DNA from: Trichodelitschia bisporula
Taxonomy: Eukaryota
NCBI GenBank assembly: GCA_010356995.1
Contig: ML996696.1
Coordinates: forward strand, 126,364-190,363
Length of the DNA: 64,000 nucleotides
Reading direction: 5' to 3'
The translations under genes and the position numbers were made by a program. Below, in pieces: positions 22,001 through 34,391 of the stretch (positions within the stretch are counted from its first letter, which is position 1; every line of letters begins with the position of its first letter). The notes under the pieces were generated by a model. The model ran no database searches. It was not told the DNA's origin and worked only from the letters and a program-made list of their open reading frames with translations.

Positions 22001-23500
22001 CCAGCGCGCCATACCGTCTTGTTCTCCCAAGTCGGGCCCACATTCCCCGGCCTTAACCCAGCTCCGCCCGGCGTGGGGCATGGAACCTCGGGTTCGTAGG
22101 CCTGGCTTCGTGCCGGTGTAGAGGCGCACACCCCGACACACAGAGGATTATAATCTTCATCCCAGGCCCGGGCATAAAATCGGTCCAGCCCGGACCTGGG
22201 TAGGCGAGATCAGATTGTTCGCCCACCGTACCCCACCGCGCAATGAGTCGTTGTGGACGGCTACCGGGCCGTACCCCCGACCCGAAGCCAAGGCCCGCCC
22301 GGGCCGAGACATGGATCTTCCGGACCACGTGCCCGGCTTCATGCCGAACTATCCGGCCTCCGGCCCCGCAGAGAATTTTACGTCATCGTCGACGGCCGGG
22401 CATGGATAGCTCTGGAACCGATAGAGATATTCGAAGACCGAGGGCAGGCCGGGGAGTAATCATTATCCTCAACACCGCACCCAAGAAGAGCCGCTATTTC
22501 TTGCAGAAGTACACGCCCGGCCCGATACATCCATGTTCGGTAGTAGGCGCCGGAGCATATATGCTCGGTGATCAGCGCCGGAGCACCCATGTTTGGTGGT
22601 GGGCGCCAGAGTCTGCATCTCCGGTGGTTGGCGCCGGAGCATGTTGCTGTGCCATCTCAAACCTGGAAGTAGAAGACCCGAGGGTAGGTTGGGGAGTAAT
22701 CAAGATCCTCACCGCACCCGAAACGGGCGGCAATGGCGAGGAACAGGTGCCTGCCCGGCTCCGGACATAGATCTCCTGAAACGTGAGCCCGGCTTCATAC
22801 CGACGGTGTGGACATGCGCACCCAGCCCCGCGGAGAAGACGACGGAAGTGTGCTGGACCGGAGCATACATCGCCTCTGAGGGCAACCGGGAGATCGGAAA
22901 ACCTGAGTTTTGAACTGGGGAGCAATCAGCATTCTCACCCCACCAGAAACGGGTGGCAATGTTTCAGAAGAAGTGCACGCCCGGTCCGAGGCATGCATAT
23001 TCGGTAGCAGGCGCCGGAGCATGTTGCTGGGCCGTCTCCCACCTGGAAGAAGCGGAAGACCCGAGGATGGGCCAACCACACTCCACCGCGCAACAACTTA
23101 CGTCTGCGTCAAGAGGGGCCGCACTCCCCTCACCCGAAATCGACAACCGCCCGGCCAGGAACATCCGTCTTCGCGTATGCCTGCCTGACCACTGGTGTTG
23201 TAGACGCGCAGCCCCCAACACGCAGATATACTTGGGCTGTTTGGGAGGCTCGAGGACCAGCCTTGTCCAGTGTGAACCTGGATCGGAAGAGCGAGGGCAG
23301 GGCCGGTGAGCAATCAATCGCCAGGTCGGCCCGCCCGACAGGAACGCCAATACAGGAGGGCTATGTTATTCCCGGCCCTGCGCGAAGAATCTGCTTCCTG
23401 CATGCTGTACCCGGCTTCGTGCCGGTGGCACGGACGCGGACACACCGCCGCGTGGACCATAAAGCATGCCGGTGTTCCGCCAGAGCACCCATAGATATGC
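19020..23500. repeat. Degenerate GC-rich tandem repeat array with units of about 120-200 bp
   Basis: Recurring ccg(a/g)cttcgtgccagcg...gcgcacacc..caccgcgcaat...tcgtcgtc...acccggctgc...cgcccggcccg. About 18 occurrences of the (a/g)c(c/g)gcgcaat core counted by eye, and no sustained ORF. Confidence 0.85.
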
Positions 23501-26372
23501 TCCAACGACAACCGGAGAGGATCGGAAGACACAAGCCGGGCCGGAATTTGTTGGAATGAGTGTCCGCCTGTCCCGCGAACGTGTCTTCGGGCCCGAGTCC
23601 CGGGCCCCCAGATAGGACGACATAGCGAAATTCCGAAGGAGGAGGTATCTGGCCGGCGAGCCAGACGCCGCACTATGCGCGGGCACTTCGCGCGCCCCGA
23701 CCGCGGAGGCAGCATGTCGGAGAACGTTGCTAAGCAGTTCCATAATGCGGTGGTGATCCAGCCGGCCCGTTTTAGGTGTAGGGCATGATGTGCCGGTACG
23801 TTCCGCATAGCGTATGTAGGTTTCGACGCCACGGAGCACAAATTTGGTCAGGCAAAGCCCGAAAAGGGCGGTAATTTCTTGTTGGCCTTCAAGCCCGGGC
23901 CGAGCACCGAGGGCCCAATAGGCTAGTTGTCTTGGTGGCCGAGGCACTGCTTCGCAAAAGCGTAGCGACGAACTCCCTCCAGCTCAATCCAGGCTTTCCA
24001 ACCAGTCCCGGAGGTAATTGTTGTCCAGCGATTCGTTTCCATGGTGAACTTCATGTGCCTCCGCCTCTCACAGCGTAACGGCTGGTTCGACGCCGCGGAG
24101 CAAGGGGCTGATCGGCTGTGGCTCGAAAGGTACGGCAAGGACATCATGGGAGCACGCCCAGCCCAGCCCGGGCATGAAATGCCGTGTTGAGGGTCCGCCG
24201 CCGGCACGGCGGAACATGGTTGCACTGGTTCAGCCCCCGGCCCGGCAGAGCATGGATAGGCTACAGGCGCAACCGGGATGAATATCAAGACGTTGTTCAC
24301 CGCCTACATCGTATACGTCCTTCAGACCCCGCGGAGAATGACTCTTCAGCCTCTTCCCCCCGAAACAGGCGGAAATCCATTAGCGTCCTTGACGCCCTGT
24401 ATGAGTCCGCATTGTCGGCCTCCTTCACCCGCGGCGCGCGCATAGTTCTAGGCCAATTCGTGCGGAAGCCGGCCAAACGCGCGAATGTTTCGGGTAGTTT
24501 TCCGCCCGGAACCCAGTCCTGCGGTGCATACACGCGCCACCCGGCCCCGCAGAGAACCGGACCAGTCTGAGGAACCCCGGAGCGTGGATGGGCTCCAGTT
24601 CCAACCAGGGAGAATGGCTATTCTTCCACAGCCTCCCGAAACCGGGCGGGAATGGATATGTTGCTTTACCAGACGCGTACCCGGCTTCGAGTCCTGAGCT
24701 CGGTCAACCACGCACATAGGCGTATGGGCCGGAAAGCCCGGCATGCAATGCAACATCCGGTTCGGCGCGCGGACCGGGCGCAGCGGAGGATAATCTGGCA
24801 GCCCACCTTCCCCGGATCGAAAAGTGCGGAGCATCGCCTAAATACTGGAACATTCACGTATACCGGGATGCTGAGCCCGCTTTCGACCCCGCAGAGTCTA
24901 CTGTCTTCTCTTCATCCTCCCGAAACAAGAGGGACTTCTCTCAGGGACCTGCCCAGGGTATGAGCAAAGAGACTACATGGAACTTCACCGAAACCGCGCG
25001 CACCTGGCTATAAGTGTGGATCCTGACCAACTGGGCACATCCACAACTTTTTCGTCCTTCTAGGCATGCGCCCCGTGGTGTGGGCCGAGCGCAGCAGACG
25101 ATGAGTAGTTGGAGATGATGACCAGGATAGGACCATCCAAAGTGGTGGCGCGATACTGTGCACACCCCCGGACCGAGATGACTACCCAGCTTCCTGGGCC
25201 GGCGGGTGGAAAGGACGCCGCAGCGTGAGGATAGAGACGGGGAGCCGGTGCCGAAATCGGGTATGCTTTGTAAAAAACCGGGATGCAGCCGCTGCAGCAG
25301 CGCCGTGTTGGTAGCGATTATCGGTGTCCCGGATTGAGGACGGAGAGTTATGCGTCCGGATGGAGACGAGAAGCCGGCGTGGAGATAAAGACGCTTGCCA
25401 CCGCCCCCGGATATAGCTCGTGGACATTACACCGGGATGAAATTATCGGATCATGCGCCGGGATGGAGGACGAGGTCGCGGTAGTCCATGAGGTTGCACA
25501 CCCGGGACCGGACATGCTCCTGCAGAAACCACCCCCTGACAGCGGGGTACACCAGTCGTGGAGGTTCAGCGAACGTCCAATAGATTGAACGAGCCCAGAG
25601 CCGGGAACGCAAATGCCAGCCTTGCTCATGGTGCCCGATTTCGGTACCATATACCCGTTCATTACTGGAGGAATGAGCCTCCATCCGGTGAAACGCCAAC
25701 CAAAGCGGCGGAATACGTGGGCTAGTTGAAGGAGCCGGATTCGGACTCAGCACTCGCACTCTTGCGTCGCGGCCTCCGTGAGGGAGGACTATGCGAGCTG
25801 CTGGTGTAATGCCGCCGGTTGGAACTTCGAGCCGGACGGGTCATACTTATGATCCGGGGGGCCGTAGGCGCGGGCAATATCGGGTAATGCACAAGAATCC
25901 AGATTGGGTACGGCATTGGGGACCGAGATGACCATATGTTAGACCGCCGGACCGAATTAGGCGGATGGATGGCATTGCGGAGGAGGTGACCCGGACCACG
26001 CGCAAGATGATGGGGCATCCGGCCGCAACCCCCAAATTTGGCGAAAGGCCTGAGAACCGGAATAGCTGGAAATGGTGTTGCGCTGGAATGAAGAGGGCAT
26101 CTGCGCCGCAATTGGAGATCCCGTACCGCATGGGCTTGCGTGCAACATGCAGCCGGCGGAACATTATGCATTTCCACCCCGCGCCTGAGATCGCACCCGG
26201 CGCGGCGAGGCCGCGGAATCCATTGTTGTTTTGGTTGGCCCGGCAACGCGGAGGAATGGCTTGCGATGGCAGACGTCTGACGACGCGAAGCACCGCGCTG
26301 ATCCGATGTCCGAGCTGAGGAAGGCGAGAGAATCCGAAGGCGTGCTCCCCGGCCCGGCTAGCTAGGGCCTTT

Positions 26373-26501
26373 CTGGCCGGGTAGGAGAATTGGTCTAAGA
26401 GAACAGCCGGAATGGGCGTGGTGCCCTCTGTTGCTGGCCGGGTAGGAGAATTGGTCTAAGAGAACAGCCGGGATGGGCGTGGTGCCCTCTGTTGCTGGCC
26501 G
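26373..26501. repeat. 61-bp tandem duplication, near perfect
   Basis: ctggccgggtaggagaattggtctaagagaacagccgg(a/g)atgggcgtggtgccctctgttg occurs twice with one mismatch. Confidence 0.95.
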
Positions 26502-26539
26502 CGGCGCACAATTTTTGGTCGTCTGCGAGGTTCAGGCCG

Positions 26540-26870
26540 CCAATTGAACCTCAATGTTGCGAGACCGAGGCCGAGGAATCATCTGAAAGCAGTCCACGCC
26601 TGGCGCCAACGCCAACGAATACAGGGAGCCCATCATGGCCCAGACCGCACATCGAACCTCAATGTGGCGAGCCCGGGGCCGAGGAATCATTTGCCAGCAG
26701 GCTGTGCCTGGCACCAGCGCCGACGAATGCAATGGTGCCATCACGGCCCAGGCCGCGCATCAAATCTCAAGGTGGCGATCCCAAGGCCGAGAAATCATCT
26801 GGAAGCAGTCCACGCCTGACGCCAACGCCGACGAATACTCGGGCTTCATCATGGTCCAGGCCCTCTCGGA
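26540..26870. repeat. Tandem repeat of about 117 bp, 3 copies
   Basis: aacctcaatgt.gcga..ccg.ggccgaggaatcat.tg..agcag...gcctg.c.cca.cgcc.acgaat occurs three times. Confidence 0.85.
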
Positions 26871-28929
26871 ATCAACGGGAGGCGGCCAAACCGCCGCATG
26901 CGCCTTGCGGTAGAACAGGCCCACGGCGCAGGATATACGCGTTGTTTGGAAATCCAGACCCGAGACAATAGAAATCGGGGTCGGGATCCCGGAATGAACG
27001 CCGTTGGATCCCCGAAGCACGTTGACGTTGCGGTTTGCGGCGGGTGATGATCGGTGAGCGCGAGTCGGTTATGGACGGTACCGGCGGTATCGTTAGTAGC
27101 AGTCTGTGCCATACAGGACCGCCAGGCCAAACAGGCAAGTGCGGCGCATGGACCCCACAGGACAATTGAACCTCAGCCCAGTGCTCCAAGGGGCCAGAGT
27201 TGACGGGGCTGACAAATCGGGCATCCGGCGAGCGAAGCTCTCCACCCTGCCGTAAAGCCGCGGAGTGCCCACCACCGCAGACCGACGGAATAAACCTACT
27301 GGTTGGATTGCCCGGCCGACGTCGGACAGGGCCATGGTTTGATGGATAGGCCCCCGAGCAGAGATCAACCGGTATATCTTCAAGTCCGGTTACCCATCTC
27401 ACGGGCCAGATTCAATCGCGAGGACCAGTTGGAAAGCGGCACATGCCGAGGAATGGTTCCAAGCCGAGCAGCGATTCAGCCGTTTGGCCACCCGGGCAGC
27501 CGACGAAACATAAACTCGCCCGGCGAAATGCCAGACAACGGGCAGGCAGTTCCGCAGGCAGAATTCAGCTTTTCATTCCTGTAAGAGAGACCTTCATGAA
27601 GGTCCATATTCCAACGGAGGGCCTGAGAGGTGAGGTGGTTTCTACCCGGTGGCAGGATCCGCAGGCATTCGGCCCTCAGCAGTTCAGCGAGGGAGACAGC
27701 CGAGCTATGTTGTAAACTGGTTCCACGCCGAAGGCGGTATTAAACAGCAAGATTCTCCGCCAACAACCGCCAGGACCCGTCCACCGGGCGGCGCTGCAAA
27801 AGAGCCGGCGCGTGATGATATGGAAACGCGTTTTTGAAAGCGGGCAACTCCACATTAGTACCGAAGTTGATGAAGAAGAAAAATTCTTCTTGGTGGGCCT
27901 GACCCAGCCTTACTCCTCCACAGGGCACCGTGTCGTGATGCCTCACCGAATAAACCCGTCCTTGTGCAAGGTCGCGTGGAAAACTATGTCGCACAATCGT
28001 GTGGCTCTGCGACTCGCCAAAGCCGAGTGAGTCCATTCCGGCAACGGCGCGAGGAGCCAAATCATAGTCAGAGCCGTAGTGCCTGGCACAAACGCCTTCC
28101 CGGCAACTCGGACGATCCGGCGTGTGCCTCGCTCCAGGAGCGCAGGAAGCCAGAGAAGCATGGATGTTGATGATGCCACGCCTGACAGCTTGCGAGCAAG
28201 GCGAACTGGCTCCACGGTGTTACATCCAGGTACCGAGTGAGGGATGTTATCGATGCTCCGAGGATACCATGGTCAAAGTGAAGTGTAATCAAGACGGGAA
28301 CATCTAAGTCCACGCCAGAATGCGAGTTGATGATATTTGTCCAGATAGGCCTCGAGGGATGGACGAAGAGGTGTTCGAGTTCGTTCAGGTACCACACAGA
28401 ATCGCCTTCACTTTCGCATCAGAACGTCCGGGCAATCCGGGAGGCGGCTAGACTTGATATCCAGGCTGGCGCGGCCGCAGGGCCATAAGGATCTGATGGC
28501 AAAAACCCGACAACGCGGCCAAATTTGATGGCGCGGTAGACAACCCGGTACCGAAGTTAGTTTTTCTGAGCACACCGCAGAGCAGCACATCTGTTCATGC
28601 TAATGGGTGCCCGGAATAGAGCATGCGGCACACAATCCCGCACTGGAGGCAGCCCAGCACAATTTTGAGCTCCCGTTCGCACCCGAGATACGCGGCGGAA
28701 CACAAGACCGGAATGGCATCGTTGTACTTTATACCCGACAGCCGCACTCCGCGACGGCCGCACACGCCGCGCACAACATCGTAAAGCCGGATGCGGACCC
28801 GGACTCCGGAGCTCGGATGGAATCTCCCATCACACGGCCCTGTGGGGAAGGCATGAGAGCCCCCGCCGCATGGCGGAGTGATTAAGGACGCCAGGCAGCA
28901 TTGCGGAGAGCCTTAGGGCGCCCGGCAAC

Positions 28930-30230
28930 TTAGATTGTCTTCGAGAAGCGCCGGGATCAACACCCCGAGGCTCGGGTACGCTGCTGAAGCTGAAGATGCA
29001 AGCCGAGAGCCGCATGGCATACCGTTGTGTCCTTCCGGGCCGACACATTCAAATCGCCCGAAAGCCGCAGCGCAGCGAGAACACGGCAATAGAAGACGAG
29101 GACGTAGACCCAGGATCTGGAATGCGGGGATTGTCCCCCGCACGGAATGTTTTTCCAGGGATGCGTGCCAAAATTCTGTCGGTCGTTGGGGGACCGAGCT
29201 AGACTGCGGTGAGGCCTTGGGCCCTGAATTGAGTCCGTCGTCGAGCACCCGGCGCATGGTGTGGGTGGAAGCCGTGCCAGGCAAAATAGGTTGACTTTTA
29301 AGGAGAGCCGGGATCAACGCCCCAAGGCTCAGGTGTGTGTTGGTGATGTCGGAAGGCAAGCCGAGAGGCGCATCATATGCATGTAAGCCCCCCCGGGCCG
29401 ACACATTCAAATCGCCGAGAGCAGCAACGCCACGAGAGCACGGCAATGGAGGGTGAGGACGTGGGTCCAGGATCTGGAGTGCGGGGATCGTTCCCCACAC
29501 GGAATGATCCTTCTCCGTCTTGAGCCAAAATGCCTTTCGTCGTTGGTGAACCGGACTGGGCCCGCAGTGAGGCCTTGGGCCTTAAACTGAGTCCATCGTG
29601 TCCAGTCGAGTGTGAAGTGCGATGAGCATCTGTTACAGCTGGCTCGTGAAAATCTTCGAGAGCCGCAACGCAGCGCGAGCGCGACAATACCAGATAGTGT
29701 AGGTCGCGCCAGGTTCCGGAGTGTGGGGATCGCTTCCCGCACGGAATGGTTCCTCTCCGTCTAGGGCCAGAATTCTTGCGGTCGTCGGGGAACCGGACTG
29801 GGACGTGATGAGGTTGGGACTGGAAGGGGTCATGCAGGAGTCTGCGAAGCCGCCGCGCGGCCGCATCACGGACAATGGCTGGCTCTTCTGTGATGGCCGC
29901 ATCATGGACAACGGCACGGCCCCCCGCGATAGTCGGAGCATCGACGCCGGCACGTTCCATTGTGATGCCCGCCTCATGGTTGGATTAAGAGAAGCGAAAT
30001 GGGTTGGGCGGACCCACATTCTCAGGCGCGCGCGCAACTTGCTGCTGCGCATGCATTCTGTTGCTGAGCACATAGAACTCGAATTGACCAGCATATCGGA
30101 CGCCTCCACCAGCTGAGAAAGGACTTGCTGGAGGACGTACCCGACCGCAGGTGAGGCCTTGGGCCTGAATGGAGTCTGTCGTGTCTAATCGAGTGCGAAG
30201 TGCGATGAGCATCTGATGCAGAAGGCTTTC
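28930..30230. repeat. Degenerate direct repeats of about 360 bp (2-3 copies plus a fragment)
   Basis: gccgggatcaac.ccc.aggctc.ggt...gggccgacacattcaaatcgcc...ccaggatctgga.tgcggggat...gtgaggccttgggcc at about 28950, 29307 and partially at 29710 and 30150. Confidence 0.8.
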
Positions 30231-30411
30231 GAGCTGGTCGTCACATTTCGGGGGTCGGGTACCGCGACGGCGCGGAGAGATCGAGGTGTTTGGTGCGGAG
30301 CCAGAAAAAGGCCCCGTTCATGAGATATGCCGGCCATAGGCTGAGTACCGTGACGATGTACCCAGGGGCGACACGGGCGGGGGCCCGAGTAGGATGCGGC
30401 ATGGGTGCGGT

Positions 30412-31330
30412 CTGGAGTGGTTAGCTCAAATACACGTGGGCGGGATGGGGACTCACGCTGGAAGCACGGCAGCAGAAATGGTTGGCGCAGATCATGAGCC
30501 AGGCATTGGGATGGCAGGATGGCGGTCCGGGATTAGAGGGAAGAACTGAAGTGCCGGAAGACGTCAGCGTGGGTCGTGCAGATTGGAAGAGCCCGAGTCA
30601 GATGTGGCGTGGGTATGGGCTGGAGGGGTTAGCCTGAATGTGCATGGAAAGGACGGAAACTCACGCTAGAAGCACAGCAGCAGAAATGGTTGGTGCAGAT
30701 CATAAGCCAGGCAATCGGCTTGCTCGATGTCGTTCCGGGATACAGGGAAGCGTTGAAATGGCGGACGACGTCGGCGTGGGCCGTGCAGATTAGAAGAGCT
30801 CAAGTTAGATCCGGTGGCAGTGAGGTCTGGAGTTGTTAGCCTGAGTGTGCGTAGACGGGATGGGGACTCACGCCAGGAGGACGGCAACAGAAATAAGGCA
30901 TGGCTGAGCCATTCGTAAATGAATGTTTGGCGCATCATGCGATCTAGCATTAGGCTGGAATTTGAAACCGGGTAATTGAGCGGAGGGGGCCAGGGGCCCC
31001 GAAAAGCATAAGGTATGTGGTAGTGGTCTGAAATGGTCAGCTAAAGCGTGCGTAGAATGGATGGGACTCACGCCGGAGGGACGGCAGCAGAAATAGGCAG
31101 TTTCTGTTTAAAACCAGGCAATACAACCTTGAGGTCCTCGTCCAAGATGGAAAGACGTGATGAACGGGTGATAATAGCGGCGTAGGGCGTGCAGATGGGA
31201 AGAGCCCGAGTTGGAGGTGGTGTTGGTGAGGTCTGGAGTGGTTAGCTTGAGGAGATGGAAGGGGTGGGAGCTCACGCCGGGAGGACGGCGGCAGAAATGA
31301 TGAGATATAGGTGAAAACCAGGGAATCTGA
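30412..31330 (-). repeat. Five tandem exon+intron cassettes of about 205 bp
   Basis: Minus-strand introns 31233-31275, 31028-31071, 30827-30871, 30620-30664 and 30412-30456. Each reads GC|GTGAG(T/C)...GCT(A/G)AC....CAG and is preceded by atttctg(c/t)tgccgt. Confidence 0.85.
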
Positions 31331-31377
31331 TGGTGGTGTACCTGTCCACGATGGAAGGATTTGATGAAGGGGTGGAT

Positions 31378-31461
31378 GATGGCGATGGACGATGGCGATG
31401 GATGATGGCGATGGATGATGGCGATGGATGATGGCGATGGATGATGGGGACGATGGCGATG
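31378..31461. repeat. 13-bp minisatellite (GATGGCGATGGAT), about 6 copies
   Basis: Directly visible in the sequence. Confidence 0.9.
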
Positions 31462-31981
31462 AACAACGAACTGGACCGCGCAGATCAGAACATACGAGAA
31501 TCAAAGCTTGCTGACGGCCAAATCGAACACCGAAATGGTAATGATGCATAGCGCAAAGGCCGAAAGACAGAACGAGCGGACTGAAAAGCAGCACTTGCTC
31601 CACAGCAAGAAGGCTTGAAAGATGAAAAGAGAAGAAGAGAGGAAAGGAGTGAAGCTGAAGTGAGGACTGCTGAGTGACTGATGTTCAACAGAGGACGGCC
31701 AGAGGGGGGTATATATACCCTCTGTCGCAGCCGGTCATCAACAACCGCCTCAGGCCGAAGTCAACACCCCCTCTACGTAGTTGGAAGTCATCCTCGCCGG
31801 GAAGCAGAAAGCAGAGACCCGTGCGAGGAAGGCTGATGTCGTTCCAACAGGTAACCAGGTCCCTCAACTGGCACAGAGCGAATCGAACTGTCAGCCATCG
31901 ACCCAGATGTAGAAATCGGGATGACTATCGGACACACGGCTGGGAAGTGGCCAGCTCGCGGCCCTCCGTTTGGTAGTGAAG

Positions 31982-32160
31982 ATCACTGGAGGTCGAAGGC
32001 GCCTATCATGTGCTCGGGGTAGGCTCGCTGTACGCAGTCTGGCAGTGGACATCACTGGGAGTCGACGGCCATCATGTTCTCGGGGTAGGCTTGCTGTACG
32101 CAGTCTGGCAGTGAGTAACACTGGAGGTTGAAGGCGCGCATCATGTCCTCGAGGCAAGCC
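31982..32160. repeat. Tandem repeat of about 67 bp, about 2.5 copies
   Basis: cactggaggt.gaaggcgc..atcatgt.ctcggggtaggct.gctgtacgcagtctggcagtg is repeated. Confidence 0.8.
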
Positions 32161-32446
32161 CATCACAACTGAGCGCGCTGGCCCGGTAGGGCAGTCGACC
32201 CCACTCGAACGCGCAGCCGCGTCAGCAGCCTCGTGGCAGCCAGATCAGAACCATCGCCCAGTCGCCACCCAGCTTAGGGGGAAGCAAGGCTGAAAAATCC
32301 GCTTCCCGATCCGAGACCAACTCACACAGTTCGTCACAAGTCGCAAGCCAGGCCCTGAGAAGTACAATTCTAGTCGAACTATTAGGTAGTGTCTACAGAC
32401 CTTTCGCCATCCGGTCTATCATCCTGCACAGTCCAGTCCAGTCCCA

Positions 32447-33272
32447 TCAGAGCTTCCCCATCAGCAGATTGCGAATCATCTCACGGGCCGTGATCCGAAT
32501 GGTGTGATAGAGCGAACCGACATCCAACGTCGAGAAGAACGCATCCGCGAACCCGAACGGCAACATGCCGGGGATGAAACCTGTTCCGTTAGCCTCTCTT
32601 CCCCAAAACAACCACAAAACCAAAGCCCAAACTCACCCTGCGCGAGCTCAATCGCCCAGCACCCCTCATGCATCTTATACTGCTTAACATCGCCCCGGCG
32701 GAGATGATGCACCGCCCCCTTCGGATACCTCTCCATCACCAAGCTGTTCGCCGTAGCCGCCCACTGCTCCCCCTCAATAATATGAAAGTAATCATCCGCA
32801 GTATGGCGCCCGCTATGTCCTTCCGTCCCCAGCGGCGTGCCAAACACAATCAGATACTCCGTAATACTCGCATGAAGCAAGTACATGCTGCCCATCGCGC
32901 CGCCCGCATTATTAAACACCCACTCGCCCTCATACGGCGATACCTGCGCACTGGAATTGTACGCCAGCGCCTCGGGCGTGCCGGCGTTGGGATGGTAGGG
33001 AAAGGGATCGATGTTGATGCTTTTTCCGTGGGTCTCACGCAGGCTCGTCGCGATGTGGTGCACCACGCCAGCCGTCGAATTGGGATACAACTCCATCGCC
33101 TCAAGGACCAGCTTGTGCATAGTCGGCGGATCGAAGATGTAGAACCGTGGCTACTTCGCGCGTTAGTATTATTCTTTCCAGGCAAAGGGCGACGCACCAT
33201 CAGCGGAGCAGAGAGGGAAATGAAGGCCACGAGCGCGGCAAAGGCCAGCGCGGCGCGTGAGAGGAAGGCCAT
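32447..33272 (-). CDS. ERG2: C-8 sterol isomerase; introns 33151-33197 and 32581-32636
   Basis: EWVFNNAGGAMGSMYLLHASITEYLIVFGTPLGTEGHSGRHTADDYF and spliced ELAQGFIPGMLPFGFAD. Confidence 0.96.
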
Positions 33273-34067
33273 TGCGACGCGAGTGGGATGGACAGAAGGC
33301 TGCCCGGTGGAGAATGGGAAGGTGGTGTACGTTTGCCAGACTGTGTTACAGTGATGGCAGTTGCTATCTCGTTAGTATTTATCGCGCCTGGTCGCGCAGG
33401 CCATCCCTGGCGTTAGACCCTTGGACCCTCTTGGCGCGGCGCTGCATGCAGGGAATTCAAGCCTGCGGTTGGACGGCAGGATCGGGCACGGATTCGGAGG
33501 CGTCGTTCAATGCCGTACCATTTTTTGGTGGCTGGCCGGTGATGCATCCGGAGCCGAGAGGCACGTGTAGTCGCAATGCTGGCGCGTTCAGGCTAGGGGT
33601 TGGAAGAAGAGCAGCTTCTCTAAGGATTGTGGACAGTTAAGTTTGGTGTCAGCACACTTTTCCGGTGAGTTACTCGTAACTTCACTTCCCAACGATTTGC
33701 TCCGCGTTGCAGTATCGAAGTCGCATGGGGGTCCGGTCCTCGCGGCGGGGAATAGCATCCACTGCGAGCCCTGCCTTGCAAAAGCATGACCAAGAGAGGA
33801 GCATTCCGGCGAGGAACATGCGTTTGGTCCGATGCCAGTTTTAACAAGACATAGAGCATCATTCCCGGCGGTATCGGAGCCCAGTATGTCCACATCGCCA
33901 TCCGTAAATTGGATCCCTACCCAAGGTCGGCAGGCCGTCGATTGATACAATGTCACCAGCACGTTTCACCATCACGGCAAGACAAGTTCAGGCGGAAACA
34001 CCTTTATTTGTACACAATAACATTCATGGTATCATCACCATCATTTCTATTCATCTCCCATCAGCAT

Positions 34068-34391
34068 CTAGTGCTTGTCAAGCCCGAGCGCGTTCTTGGT
34101 CTTGTCGAGGATGCTCTCGCCAGTGCCGCCGTGCACATGCTCGTCCTTGGAGCGGCCCATCTTGTCGCTGACGGACTGCGACGTGCTCTTGGAGTCGTCA
34201 GGCTGCAGGCCGCGGGCAACGCGGTCGCCGGCGCCAGTGACGGTCTCGCCCATCTTGTCGATGGTCGACCTGGACATTGTCAGCTACCACTGTGATGAAA
34301 TAGTGCTCAGAAGCGGAACTCACTTGGTGGAGTCGGGCTGGAGGCTCTCCTTGGCCTTGTCACCGAAATCCTTGCGGCCGAGATCAGACAT
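34068..34391 (-). CDS. HSP12: Heat shock protein 9/12; intron 34270-34323
   Basis: MSDLGRKDFGDKAKESLQPDSTKSTIDKMGETVTGAGDRVARGLQPDDSKSTSQ. Confidence 0.93.

Noticed and set aside
19020..23500. CRISPR-like repeat-spacer array
   Set aside because: Eukaryotic context, repeats are degenerate and long, there are no unique constant-length spacers and no cas genes.
19006..30212. Dozens of 60-200 aa ORFs in the repeat block
   Set aside because: Expected by chance in GC-rich DNA; overlapping in all frames, with no recognisable domains or consistent splice structure.
19000..32300. Starship or other intact transposon
   Set aside because: No DUF3435 recombinase, transposase, RT or integrase motif, and no terminal repeats that I could identify.
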